A program made the position numbers and the translations under genes. The notes under the pieces are model-generated. The model had not been told where the DNA came from. It worked only from the letters and a program-made list of their open reading frames with translations, and made no database searches. 48,845 bases of DNA from Girardia tigrina (Eukaryota): contig MQRK01249762.1 in the NCBI GenBank assembly GCA_001938485.1, positions 1 to 48,845 on the forward strand, in the 5' to 3' direction. Positions 13,309 to 26,266 of the stretch are shown piece after piece. Numbering within the stretch: the stretch's first letter is position 1; each line of letters starts with the position of its first letter.

Positions 13309-13773
13309 GTTCGTCGTTTAAGAATTTTTTAATGTTTTATTACAATATCGATTATCGTATTACAAATCTCATACTTTAAAGTACATTTTTTTTAAAAAAA
13401 TAGATCATAATGAATCATTTCTGTTGAGGAAAAATGAACATTTCGATGAATAAATAACAAGCGACGGGTTGTTACAATTTACGTTGGGCTATATGGGCGC
13501 TTTCTCTACCCAGCTGTAATATAATCTATTAAATCACCATCAGTTGTTTCTTTCATAATAATTTTTTGTTGGTGTGTAAAGTGGAATGGAATTTAATAAG
13601 TAAAACAAGTAAAAGTGGAGAATATTTCTAGTCAATTCTTTTTTTTCAGATTTCTCTTAATTTTTTTAACTTATCTGAATAATGTTTTTTTAGTTTTTAA
13701 AACGTTTTGATCTTTTTCTTCTGTTTTTTTATGTAAAATAGTTTTAATTTTATTTAGTATTATTATTTTTTAT

Positions 13774-14268
13774 TGTGGGAATAATAACCAATAAATCTAT
13801 TTCATAAATAATTTATGTTTTGTAAAAAAAATATTTAGGAAGTTAATTTTTTTCAGTTAACATTTGTTTCGTATATCAGACTGAATATTGGTGACTAATT
13901 AATTATTTATAATAGAAATTTGTACACCTATAATAAATTATTTTTTTTTAATATTATTATTAATTTTATTTAAAAAATGATTTTATGTAAAGGAAGAACA
14001 TTTATTTAATTTAAAACTTAGTTAAAAGTTATTTATTTTATTTAAATTTTTAATATGAAAATTTGAAACGATTTAATATTTTCAAAGTTTTTTAAATATC
14101 TTATGCTGTACTTTAAAATGCAAATTATACTTGAATAATTATTTATCGTGAACATCCAAAATATCAATTTTCCATCTGGGTTGGAGAAACACATTTCCAA
14201 ATACTAAACTCAACATACAAAATTCAACAAACCAATTTCAACATACCAAATTTAAAATATTCCTCACA
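13774..14268 (-). mobile_element. LTR-family copy (TGTGAGGAAT family); left boundary uncertain
   Basis: 14050-14268 is reverse-complement homologous to 4122-4330 (ccatctgggttggagaa..aatattcctcaca). Confidence 0.6.
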
Positions 14269-14421
14269 ATTATAAAATAATATCATGTATTTAATATTTT
14301 ATCGAATTTTATATTATATATACCGTAAACATCTTTCAATCTTCGTCTATCAAGAAATGTTTTTATTATTGATGCTAAAATTTTTAATACAATTATTAAA
14401 TTATCATCAACGTTAATTCTA

Positions 14422-15668
14422 TTGGGTTGGTCAAAAAGTCATTGCGTTTTTTTACTAAAATATTTATTATCAAAAAATGACATGGATGCACAAATATTTT
14501 TACATGATATACTGTCCATTATTTTCAATCACTTTCTTCCACCTTTCCGGTAGCTTCATTATTCCTGATTCATAAAAACCTTTACCTTTGTCAGCAACAA
14601 AGCCGCCTAGGAACGATTTGATGTCATCATCACTGGCGAATGTTTTTCTGTTTAAGGAATTCTGCAGTGATCTAAATAAGTGAAAATCCGATGGGGCCAA
14701 GTCTGGAGAATACGGTTGGTGCGGCAAAACCTCTTAACCCAGTGATAAGAGTTTCTGGCGAGTGGTCAAACTTGTATGCGGTCTTGCGTTATCATGCTGA
14801 ATTACATCTCCTTTTCGATTTGCCAATTCAGGACGTTCCTGTTGAATTGAATTAGCCAATTTCTCCAGCTGACCACAATATATGTCTGAATTGATGGTTT
14901 CATTCCTCGGAAGGAGTTCAAAAAACATAATTCCTTTAAAATTCTATCAGGCGGAAAGCATAACCTTCTTTTGGTGAATTTCTGCTTTTGGGATCGTTTT
15001 GGCAGGCTCACCACGTTTTTTACATGATCGTCGGCGTTCCACATTGTTGTAAACAATTCATTTTTCTTCACCCGTAATCAAGCGCTTCAAAAATTGCAAA
15101 TGTCTATACGTTTCACCAAATGAATTTCTTTCAGTTCATGTTGTAACCACATATCGAGTTTACTGACGAATGAAAGTTTCTTTAAATGACTTCCAACACT
15201 TGATTTTGATATTTCCAGAGTCTCTGCAACTTCTCTTGTCGTCATACGTGGATTAGATTTGATCAGTGCTGTTATTTTGTCGCCATCAACTTCAACTGGT
15301 CGACCGGAGCGTGGTGCATCTTTCAGATGAAATTTTTCAGAACGAAAGTTAGAAAACCAGTATTGACAATGTCGAAGATTTAAGGAGTCACTACCACATA
15401 AAAAAACATATATTCTTATGAGCTTGCACAACGGTTTTCCCTTTGCGAAAATAGTGCAACAAAATATGACGAATATGCTCATTTTGATTTTCCATTTCGA
15501 ATTGACGGTAAAGTAATAAATTAAAACAAAATCAATTAATATTTTGTATAAACTGAAAATTAAGGTTTTAGAATATATAATTGAATTTAAATTTTATCAA
15601 ATCGTTTTATATTTTCAACCTTTTATTAGGACTTACTCAAAAACGCAATGACTTTTTGGCCAACCCAA
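14422..15668 (-). mobile_element. near full-length defective mariner, mellifera-like
   Basis: TIRs of about 30 bp (ttgggttggtcaaaaagtcattgcgttttt) with TA duplication; MENQNEHIRHILL.., WLQHEL, HDNARPH and YSPDLAPSDFHLF are split across frames. Confidence 0.95.
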
Positions 15669-16175
15669 TAGAAACAAATAAAAATAATAAAACTAAATAA
15701 ATACAATTTTAATCTTGTAGATATTTTGTATTTTTTATCCAACTTTGATAAGAATCTAAAGGACTGCTTATTATGGAATATCTATAGTTGGCTTCGTTTT
15801 CTTTTTTTAATTCTACTGTTTGATATGTTTATATAATTATTATATATATATTTTATTCTATTACATATTATGTATAAATTTTTATGCATTATTTTTAAGA
15901 CTTCTCGTGGTTCACGAATTAATGAACATTTTCTGGACTTTTTAAGAAAGTTTTTTTCTGATTGAAACAATATCTCTAGTTTTCTAACTTAAACAATCTT
16001 TACTGAATATCTAGATCCAGGTCAAGATTTTTGTTTGGACAACAATCCATTGTCAATAAAATATATTTTTTTCGAAATTTTTTAATCGAATAAAAATGTT
16101 TAGTTTACTTGCAAAAACTATTTTATTCACATAAATTTTTATTATGTTTACCTTTGATATACGTTTTACATACTG

Positions 16176-16960
16176 ATATTCAAAGAAAAATAAAATACAA
16201 ATGAATATTCGATCTATTCACTCAATAGAATGAAATAAAAAGTATTAATAATATTGAAGGGTTTTCAATTTTTAAATTGAAGGTAATTTTTACCACAAAT
16301 AACGTTTATGGTTTCTTTTCTAATAAATCAAAAACTCCATTGAGTATGCAGGCAAATATAGTATATCAGTTTAAATGTCACAAGTGCAAAGCCATGTACA
16401 TTGAAGAAACAAACCGTCATCTTTGAACTAGAATTGCTGAACATACTCAATCGAGTCGAAACAGTTCCATTCTTAATCATATATTGAATTGTAGGGATCG
16501 AGAAAATATGGAGAGTGATAGGGATTTTAAGTTTTATGTAAAAATTTTGACAATTATAAGGAGAGGATAATCACTGAATCATTGTTAATTAAGCATTATA
16601 AACCAAGCTTAAATGTTCAAAGTGATTCCTCAAATTATATTAAAATATTTTAACTCTTATTTTTTTGTCTTTCGCTTCTTTTAAATTAAAAATAAAAAAT
16701 GATTTAGTTATTTTTCTTTTTTTCTGAATAAGAATAAAATTTTGAGTATTTGATTGTTTAGAATTTTTTTTCTTATTAATTTTTTAAATTAAAGTAAATA
16801 AAAAAAGCCTTAAATTGCCTTAAGTCTTAAAGGTAATTCATATCAGTCTACCGCTATGTAAAAATGACTTAAATCTGAAATTTCAATTAGTCAACTGAAG
16901 ATGCCAATATGGTGAAACTAGTTTTGATAAATAAATATTTGAAAAATGGCTGTTTTTTAT
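16176..16960 (+). mobile_element. Penelope-like retroelement 3' fragment (GIY-YIG endonuclease + pLTR)
   Basis: QANIVYQFKCHKCKAMYIEETNRHL*TRIAEH..NHILNC..ERIITESLLIKHYKPSLNVQ, stop at 16651-16653, followed by a hammerhead motif. Confidence 0.9.
16891..16927 (+). ncRNA. minimal type I hammerhead ribozyme motif
   Basis: UCAA-CUGAAGA-U-GCCA-aua-UGGU-GAAA-CuaG-UU-UUGA: intact core, stems I and II, palindromic short stem III, GUU cleavage triplet. Confidence 0.85.
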
Positions 16961-18384
16961 TTTATATATAAATTATATTTATATATTACTTCAATTTAAT
17001 AATTGTAATTTAACTTAGCAAATAAATTAATATATACTTATAAATGTATTTTAAATTTATAAACAAATAGTAATTTATTTAAATACCATGTCAACTATTG
17101 TAAAAATGTCACATTGAAAAACGCCAAATTTTTTAATACAGTGATTTATTTTTATTTATAGGTTAACAATTAAACAAATTTCCGTGTTTTTTAAAGACTG
17201 TACACAAACAACTTTTGAAAGATTTATACAAATCTATAATTGTTCCACGTTGATACTTATTAAGATAATATACACAAAAAGTGAGTTTTTGCACTAAATC
17301 ATCTTTACATTGAAATTGCTTTCTGTCATAAACAAAATCAGATAGCCTTTTCCAGCAATCCTCAACAATATTAAGGTCTGGACTCTTTGAAGGTCACTCA
17401 ATGATACGTATTCCTGTTCTTTTCGTGTATTCTTTAACTTTTATACTTTTGTGCACAGGGGAATTGTCTTCTTGGATAATAGCTTTCTGATAATAGCTTT
17501 ATATATCTATCGGAATTTAAAATTCCTATGATCACCTTGAAGGACAACAGGCCGTTTGGCATTGTCATCATCCAAACCATAACACTACCACCTTTACATT
17601 GTCGTTTTATGTGATATTCTTAAGATGATGGCAGCATATAAGATCTCCTGTCGTCTGGACCATCTAATGAAAATCCTTTCTCGTCTGAAAATATTGTTTT
17701 TTTCCCAATTAAGATTGGTGGATATCCATGATTCTATGCTTTGGACGCGTTTCTGTTTCTGAATTTTTGTCAAATCAATTTGGGATGATATCCGTGTGTA
17801 TTTGAAACCGCATTTTTGTAACTTTCTTTGTACTGTTCTTTGTGATGCTGTAATTTCACATGCATTCATTAATTTGGGAGTATTTATCTTTTCGCCCTTC
17901 TCGTGAAAACCAGAAATTGCTCTTTTCATTCGTAGCATAACAGCTTTATCAATTTTCGGCTTTGGCCCTGTCTTTATCTTTATGCACTTTACTTGATATT
18001 TGCACAAGTTTATTGCTGAACTTCAGGAAACACCGAATCTTTTGGCTATTTCTAAGTAACTTAATCCAACAGATTTCCAGGTAACAGTCAATTTTCTTAT
18101 TGCCATTTCGTGCATAATGTAAACTCTATTATACATAATATCAAAATAAATTAAAATTAAACTCAATGACTTACTTTATAAATTTTAAAATAAGGTGTAT
18201 TAAAAAACTTGTCGTTTTTAAATTTTAAAATTTTACAATAAATATTTTATTATTTAAACAAATTAAAAAAAATACAATTTGTTTATAAATTTAAAATAAA
18301 TTTCTAAGTATGTATTAATTTATTTATATAAGTATTTCGTATAAACGTTTTTTATATGAATAATATTATTAATAAAAAAAATTT

Positions 18385-18882
18385 TTTTTAAAAACAACCA
18401 CGTTTTTCAAGCATTACCAATGCACTAAAAAGAGGAAAATAATTTTTTTTTCTAGACATGTGAGAAATTTTATACCTAACCCAAAAACGTGGGGCGGATT
18501 TCTGAATNNNNNNNNNNNNNNNNNNNNNNNNNNNNNNNNNNNNNNNNNNNNNNNNNNAAAATTTTTTTATCAAATTGTATTGTCATCGGAAGCAAGCCTG
18601 TATAAAACTTCATTCATGAAAATAAACGAAAAGATTGCTATTTAATACAGTGTATAAATGTGTAGATAATCGTAAGGGGTTTTTTGCAAAAAAAATTAGA
18701 AAAAATTATTTTTTTTCAAAATTTTTTTTATAATATTGTATTGTCATCGGAAGTAAGCCTGTCTAAAAAAAATTCAGCTCAATTGGATGACTGAAAGTGG
18801 TCGAAAAATCAATCGCAAGATTTGTTCCAGACAGACAAACAGACAAACAGACAAGAAAGCAAGCTAATAAAAACGTGGTAAA
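18385..18882 (+). mobile_element. Helentron-associated / DINE-1-like non-autonomous element (HINE); spans the 50-N gap
   Basis: Subterminal IRs accacgttttt (18397) and aaaaacgtggt (18869); extra inverted copy at 18483; internal repeat with about 160-bp period; (CAGA/CAAA)n microsatellite near the 3' end. Confidence 0.6.
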
Positions 18883-19159
18883 AATGAAGTGTACTAATAA
18901 ATTTGACGGTCAGTATATGTAAAACATCAAAGGTAAACATTGGAAAATCTATATATTTTTTTGTGAAAAATATTAATTTTTGCAAGTAAACTAAACATTT
19001 TCCCTCGAATAAAAAGATTAAAGAAATTATTTTCTTTTTTTTCTGATAAAAATTGTTGATCGAAATTTATTAATACTAGATTCATATTTAATCAAAATAC
19101 TTATCATTCGAATCACTGTTAATTAAGTTAAGTTAAGAAATTAATTTATTTAGTTAAAT

Positions 19160-19560
19160 ACGGTGTTCAGAATTCAACGATGTTCATGAAAACTGTTTTC
19201 GCCTGGTCCTTTTTGGCAAAGTTTCTACCGAAGAGAAATTAATTAGTTTGCACAACGAAAAAGTAACCGAAATAATGGCTCTGGAGTTTCTGAAGAAAAA
19301 TAGGAAAGTAAACATTTTGTTCAAGTAGGACGTGACTAGAATTAGCTAAATATCGTAAAATTCCGGTCCAATGTAATGTGGTCATCCAGCTCTCCAGATT
19401 TAATCTTCTGGATTATACCATGCTGTCGCATATTGAGGTTATGAATTGTACTTATCCCTGTGCTAAACCGATAGCTTGAAGAAGTGAGTAAAGTAAAATG
19501 TCAAAGGACAACCAGTTCAAAATTTTTACCTCATCTTTGGGCTGTAAATACTGCTTAAGA
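19160..19560 (+). mobile_element. degraded maT/DD37D-like remnant
   Basis: MWSSSSPD/NLLDYTMLSHIE resembles WPxxSPDLNPLDY. Confidence 0.5.
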
Positions 19561-19600
19561 AGAATATGTACATTTTACATATACATCCTATATCCTAATA

Positions 19601-19603
<3 letters not shown>

Positions 19604-19646
<43 letters not shown>
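19604..19646. repeat. (TA)n microsatellite
   Basis: Directly visible. Confidence 0.95.
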
Positions 19647-19649
<3 letters not shown>

Positions 19650-21653
19650 TTTACTATTTCTTGATTATGACTGCCACATACATGGCACTAAAACTGGAAA
19701 TGAATATTTGGCGGAAAAAACTTTTTTTTACAACCATGTTATTTATAAAAGAGTTGTTTCAAGTTTATCGATGATATTCGGATGATATTAGTAACTCCAA
19801 TTTCTTAATTTTTTAAATATTTTTATGAATAAATGTATATTTGCAGTTAAAAAATTATTTTTTATAAATTTCAGTTAGATAATACTGGAAATATTTGTTT
19901 AAATATTTAGATTTTAAACACAATATTTTGTCAAGAAATTAGTTTTTATATTTTTTGATTATGTTCCACCACTTCAAAAAAATGAAAAAATTCCTAAGTT
20001 TAAAGAGGTAAAAAATACATTTTCTAAAAAAAATTGGCGGTGGACACTTTAAAAACGCAGTCAAAAAATTGATTTTAATTTTATTTATTTTTTTTAAAAA
20101 TCGACTTTCTACCTGAGATTAAGTCATATGACTTTTATGTCTTACTCCTAAGAATTAGGAAAAAATGTTATTGATTTATTTTGAATTTTATTATTAAAAA
20201 AAATAAAATCGAGAAACGGTTTTTTTTAAATTTTAAATAAAATCCTTTGGGATAAATAGCTGAAAAATCGGTTTTATTATCTTTATTTTATGTCAAGACG
20301 ATTCTCCAAGTGCAAATCGAAAAACCCTAGGGTGCAGATTTCCCTTTTGAACCCGACATACCCTTTAGAGTAAGGTCAATCAAATTAAGAAAAAGTTTAA
20401 ATTAAGTTTTTTTAGGTTTTGTGATTTTTATGTCACTTTTATTAAAACTATTGTTTTAAGAACAAAAGCGACTCTTGTTACAATTATCTATTTTAATAAA
20501 AAAATTATTTTCATTTTTAATGTTCAAACCACAATACTGCTGTCTCATAAATTATGTTTATTATTAGTCTTTTTAACAATAATATATAAATTCATCATAA
20601 ATTTCAATTACCCCTATTTAATATTGTTGTTAAATGCTACTTCTATTGAAAGAGATTTAAGGAGACTATTAATGTAAGATAGTTACCAAGTTAATTAAAT
20701 TGATAATTTATTATTTATGCCAAGGTTTGTTATTACTGGATAAATTATTATCATTTATAAATAATAGATAATAGAATTTTATAGTTTCTTGTGTGCACAA
20801 TAAAAAATTTGTGAAATATTAATCATTTTTAATATTTTTTAAATTTCGGTTTAAAGAGGAAATAATTATTTTTTGCGTTTTGAAAATTTTCTCATTTTCA
20901 ATTAATTATTTTCTTCTTTCGACAATTCTGACATTCTGATGATAAACAAATCAATTTTATATTCGAATTTCCTTTTAATTTTTATCATTTAATCTTATTT
21001 TTGGAATAATTAATAATTTACTTTGGTTGTATCATCTTCGTTATCAGAAATGGGAATTCGGAAATTATCTGGGAATTTCTTTTTAGAAAATGTTCTAACA
21101 ATTTACTTCGGTAGAATTTTAATCATTTACAATGTATACAATTGGTTGGGATTCATAAAATTAATTAGACACAGTTGGCACGGAATAAATTGATGGGAAT
21201 ACATAGATGAATTTTACAATTTGAATAATTCAGATATGAAAATGGTTAATTACATCCTCAACTTTTAAAACCATTTACCATTTTAAAATCGGGAGACTAT
21301 ACTCGATTTACTCGTTCAAAGAGTTAAGAAAGATAATCAATAAATTTCGTAGCTCATTCAAGATTTCTTCCCCGTTAAACTGTAAAGGGTTTTATTTATC
21401 AATGTATTATAATTTTATATACAATTAACCCTGATTTATCTTTTTACTTCGGTTTTCAATCTCGTTTTTAAAAAGAGAAAAATGTATTAAATTTTCATGG
21501 TTTATTTCATCCGTTTCCATATAGCTGTCCGAGTTAAGAGAGGTTTTCTGTATATATCTATATATAGTTCATTGTATAAATCTATGGTAAAGTAAAGTAA
21601 ATTATTGTATTAATAAACAAAAATAACACCATTTTAATTTTAAATTTTTATTC

Positions 21654-21691
21654 GAAAACATGTTTCGCCACTTTTGTGGCATCTTCAGTTC
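21654..21691 (-). ncRNA. minimal hammerhead ribozyme motif (minus copy)
   Basis: Exact reverse complement of 21976-22013. Confidence 0.88.
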
Positions 21692-21975
21692 TGTATTTAA
21701 TTAGAAAGTTATTGTTTATATAGAAAGANNNNNNNNNNNNNNNNNNNNNNNNNNNNNNNNNNNNNNNNNNNNNNNNNNNNNNNNNNNNNNNNNNNNNNNN
21801 NNNNNNNNNNNNNNNNNNNNNNNNNNNNNNNTCAAGAGTGCTTCAGTAATTGTCCTTTCATAATTGTGATCAAAGTTACTAATCAAAACCCGAAAATCAT
21901 TATCAAATACCCTCCTTTGAGTTCCATGAAATTTCACTATGTGGTCCAAATTAAATATGGTTCTAATTAAATACA

Positions 21976-22013
21976 GAACTGAAGATGCCACAAAAGTGGC
22001 GAAACATGTTTTC
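21976..22013 (+). ncRNA. minimal hammerhead ribozyme motif (plus copy)
   Basis: GAA-CUGAAGA-U-GCCAC-aaaa-GUGGC-GAAA-CauG-UU-UUC: intact core, 5-bp stem II, palindromic stem III. Confidence 0.88.
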
Positions 22014-22809
22014 GAATAAAAATTTAAAATTAAAATGGTGTTATTTTTGTTTATTGACGAAATTGCCATTTGATTTAAAGAAACTTCATTTATTGTATTA
22101 ATAATTCTTTATTAATATTTTGCATTTTAGATAAACAAGGTTCGGGTAACTGTGTTGCATTTAATATGTCATTTTTGATTTAAACATTAAGTAAAAATTA
22201 TGAAAAATACAAACTTTTTGATAATATTCAGATTGCATTGTGAAAACATGTTTAAAGGCTGAGAGGATTTGGCGTACTCTTAAAATTTTTGAATATTTAA
22301 AATAGGCAAATATCTAAAATCAAAAGTTCTTGAAAAGAATTATAATTAAAAATATCTCTAATTACTTTTAAAAGTAATTCTCAAAAATTAATTAATGAAA
22401 TTTTAGTTAATAAAAATGTTATTTTTAAAACAGATAATTGTTTAAACATTAAAGCTATTTGAAAATGTTGTAAATTTAAAATTATGTGCTAAATAATTAA
22501 TTTTTTAACACATAAAAAATGATTTTTTTAAAAATAAAACAACCATTAAAAATTTTAATTATTATATGAATATTTATAATTAAATCTAAAATTTATATAT
22601 GGATATTTATAATAAAATTCTGATATCTGGTTTTGTGCAAAATAAGAAAATATTGTTCCTCGTAAATTTGTTTGGAAATAGTTAACTGTAATAAAAATAA
22701 ATATTTTGAGTTATGAATTTTATTCTTTACTACGAACCCAACAAAGGCTTTTTACAATTTTGGTATATGATTTGAAAAATTCTTCAATTTTTAGGGTGTA
22801 GTTGGTATC

Positions 22810-23260
22810 AAAGATTACAGTGGGTCCCATAATACCAGCCGCAGAAAGGTCGCACTAAACTATGAGACTTTCCGGGAATAGCGGTTTTACCAAAGAGACA
22901 TGTGGGTTTTCCGTATCACAGAAGCAGCGAATTCATTTTTTGACATAATCTGATAAGTGAAAATGGGCTTCGTCAGTAAAACATATGTGGATTTAATTGA
23001 TCCTCCCGCCGTCTCAATTTTCAAGTTTTTGCAAACTTAAATCGTCATACAGTTTCAAGAACTTTTGATTCTTATGCATAATTTGCGCCTTCTGGTCGTC
23101 TTGGTCATTTTTTCAACATTTTTTGAAACCTTTTTCGGTGTATATCTTTGACCAAACTTTTTCAAACTCTTTTTTTACTGTTCTGCGGATGATTTACCGT
23201 TTCTATTATAAAAAAATATAGATGCAACGCGATTTTTTTGACTAGCTGGTCATATTTAAT
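22810..23260 (-). mobile_element. degraded rosa/DD41D-like transposase fragment
   Basis: ICFTDEAHFHLSDYVKK..ENPH..IV*CDLSAAGIMGP matches FSDEAHFHL..ENP..VWC..GIIGP. Confidence 0.8.
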
Positions 23261-23616
23261 AATAATTAAATTATGAAATGGCAAAAATAACAATTGAAAT
23301 GGTTATTTTTCGAAAAGAGATGTGATTTCCGTATTGACTCTAAAAACCGTATTTGAAGGATTTTAAGATTGGTTTAGAAAAGTTATTAACTATTTCGAAA
23401 ACCATTTTTATTAAATTACAATAGGCTGCGATTTTTTTCAAACAAAACTTTGTATTTTTACAATTCTTTCTATTTGTAATAATAAAATTAAAAATAAAAT
23501 ATGAAATGCCACACCCTGAATATTTATTTATTAACAGGACACAAACTTTATTTGTTATCTTTTATTTTAATTTAAATCTTTTGGAGTTTTTTGTTGAGTT
23601 GTATATTAAGGAAATA

Positions 23617-24429
23617 CAGTAGATTCTTTTTATGCGGTAGATACGTTCCGCAAGAACCGCATAAAAAATTACATTAAAGGGTACAAATTCTATAGTAAAA
23701 CCATATATACTTTCCAAAATTTCTAAGAACAGCATAAATCCGAAACAATGCAATAAAATCGCATAAAAAGTGTACTTATTCCATAGTAAAACCATATATA
23801 GGTTCCAAATTTCTAAGGACCGCATAAATATGATATAATGCAATAAAATCACATAAAATGGGTACTAATTCCAATTGAAAAAAGATATAATTTCTTCTGG
23901 TAGGCTTTTCCTTTTACTGCATTCTCGCAAAATCGTTTTCCAGCAACCATTTAAATTTCATCGTTTTATAGCTTTAACATCCCAATCAGGATGATTTATC
24001 CAATCCAAAATTGAAAATTTTTTCAGACATCCATAACTATAATCGCTTCATTCTCTATCTTGTTCAAAATGTGCTGAAATGTCCACTTTACATAATGTTT
24101 TTTAAAACTGCAGATGATACCTTCATCCAATGGTTGAAAATACTGGTTGTATTTAGTGGAAGAAAGACTATCGGGACATTGGGATGTTCAATATGCAGAT
24201 GAGCTGGTGAGTTTTCGATAAGCAAAATCACTGTGAACTCGAGACTTTTATCTAGCAAATATTTCTTAACTTCTGGAATAAAATATGGATTAAACTACTC
24301 TGTGAAAATTACCACTGTAGTTACCAACGTTTTCTTGTTAGTCATCCAATGACCTGGAAGCTTATTGTTACATAATATTTTTTTTAAAAACTGCACTAAT
24401 TCAAAACCGCATAAAAACAGAATCTACTG
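23617..24429 (-). mobile_element. internally deleted pogo/Tigger-like element
   Basis: TIRs cagtagattc(t/g)ttttatgcgg with TA flanks; LPGHWMTNKK..LLIENSPAH..FLPLNTTS..QPLDEGII (DDE_1 domain); subterminal tandem repeats of about 90 bp. Confidence 0.9.
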
Positions 24430-26266
24430 TATACATAATTTTGGAATTTTTTTATTTATATCTAAATTCGGGTTAATTATTTTACAATACAATTTACGAC
24501 AATGATTATTTAATTTTTCGAAAAAAGAGAAAAAACTTGGTATTTGGTTTGGGGAACTTAATTGTAGCTAGAAATAGATCGTTTAATATTATTAACAGCC
24601 TCTGTATATTAGAAATTTTCCACCATTCTTAACTTTCGTTTCCTTTAGCATCACTTAAAACGAATATCATTATTCAGAGGGTCTCATTGAAAATCCTATA
24701 TTAAAATTCCAAATTAATTGTACTTTCACAAAATGCTCGCATTTCGACTGAAGAAAAATACTAAATTCCTTATCAAGATTACTCTAGATTCATCTGGCAT
24801 TTGTATAAGATAGAGACATAAAATATAGAAAAATAAGTTTGTTAATCTATACTAAAATATCGAAATTATTTTTTTCCGGTGTAATGTCTGTGGTATGTTT
24901 ATATTTTCCAGGTGCAAGATTTAAATATAATCCCACAATTATTGGTGTAAAAAGCCAGATTTTCGTTTAAAAAGGAAAGTGCAAAATGGTGTTTTTTGCT
25001 GGCGAAATGACACGTAAATGTTGATTATTCATCACTATTTTGATTTTGCTGTGTTGATGAACTTGATTCTATTTGTGTTTTCAATAGACATTTGTGGGCA
25101 AAAGTGACTGAAAGTTATTCCATGACAAATTCTCTTTCGATGTCTCATAAATAATAAATATTTAATTTTCCATGGATCAGAAAATTATATTATTTTTTTC
25201 TGTGATGATGTTAATGAATGTCGATTTTTAATTCCATAATTTATAATTTTAAGTCACTTTTACAGCATGGTTTTGCATGTTTAATTTTAATCAAATTAAA
25301 AATTTCTGAAAATTTCTTCAAAAATAAAATTTAAATAATATAATACTCGAGACTTTTTATTTGTATATATTATGACAAATGATTTTTATCACATAAATAA
25401 AATTTTATTTTCTTATAATAAACTCCTTTTTGATATATTGTAGAAATTTTATATACTTTCGACTTTTTTTTATTTTTTAAAGGTTTATTGCATATTATGT
25501 ATTTCGACAATCTTCTAAAAGTAAATTTTTGTAGAAAACTCAGAAATAAAACAATCAAATTTCAAAAATATAGCAATTTTTTTATATTGTAATTCATTCA
25601 CATGATTGGACATTCAGTCAGGGCCATAATTAAATACCCTCAGAGCTCTCCATTGTGAAAGTTCGGTCTCGTCAAGGTGCGAATCGGATGAGTCTCACTA
25701 TTTTCTTTTATTTCCAGATATCTCCAATTATTATATTATTATGATGATCCTTTAATTCAAAACTTTTTTCGATGCATATTCTAAATTTTTATATAAAAAA
25801 TGATAAAATTGAAAATATCCTCGGACATGAAACCTAGATCTTTTAGTTCTTGTGTTAATACTTTCTATTGTTTGTGGTTGCCTATTTTACATATAGAAAT
25901 TTATCCATAACTCTTTTTCATCCTAGATCTTCTATAATTGATACTTCTTATTTTCTTAGAGTTTTGTCAACGTGTATGAATTTCTAATGTCATCAGAAAG
26001 CTGATTTTAAAAGATTTAAGAAATAACTTTACTCATAGTGTTTAACATTGATGAACATAATTTTTTATCATTTCAAGATGTGAGTAAGATTATTAATGCT
26101 AATTTTACAAGCGTTGATCAATAAAGTTAGATTTTTTATTATTTTCGAAATGATACTATTATTTTATGCTCGTATTTAATCTATCGATCTTCATGAAAGG
26201 GATTTCATTTCATTTACAAAAGATTATTTCTAGGGACTTCTCAAATTTATTGTCAATCTATTTATA

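Larger units (their letters stand above)
16080..19010 (-). mobile_element. Tc1-family DD34E element with long TIRs (defective transposase about 17160-18115)
   Basis: IFSDEKGFSLDGPD and QEDNSPVH..SPDLNIVE with 34 residues between D and E; inverted homology 17019-17160/18176-18325 and 16080-16175/18911-19010. Confidence 0.75.
21612..22089 (-). mobile_element. short Penelope-like insertion with an inverted partial pLTR; spans the 103-N gap
   Basis: Minus-strand GIY-YIG C-terminus DHIVKFH..DFRVLISNFDHNYERTITEALL (21833-21960); perfect 95-bp inverted arms 21612-21706 / 21961-22055; direct repeat ttattgtattaataa at 21602 and 22090. Confidence 0.85.

Noticed and set aside
10765-19785. ORFs rich in YIYI (10765-10989, 19498-19785) and other short ORF-track entries
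   Set aside because: Translations of (TA)n microsatellites, N gaps or AT-rich noise.
21612-22055. Inverted arms as an assembly artefact around the N gap
   Set aside because: The arms do not abut the gap, the interior encodes GIY-YIG in the expected orientation, and a TSD-like repeat brackets the unit. Considered unlikely, but not excluded without reads.
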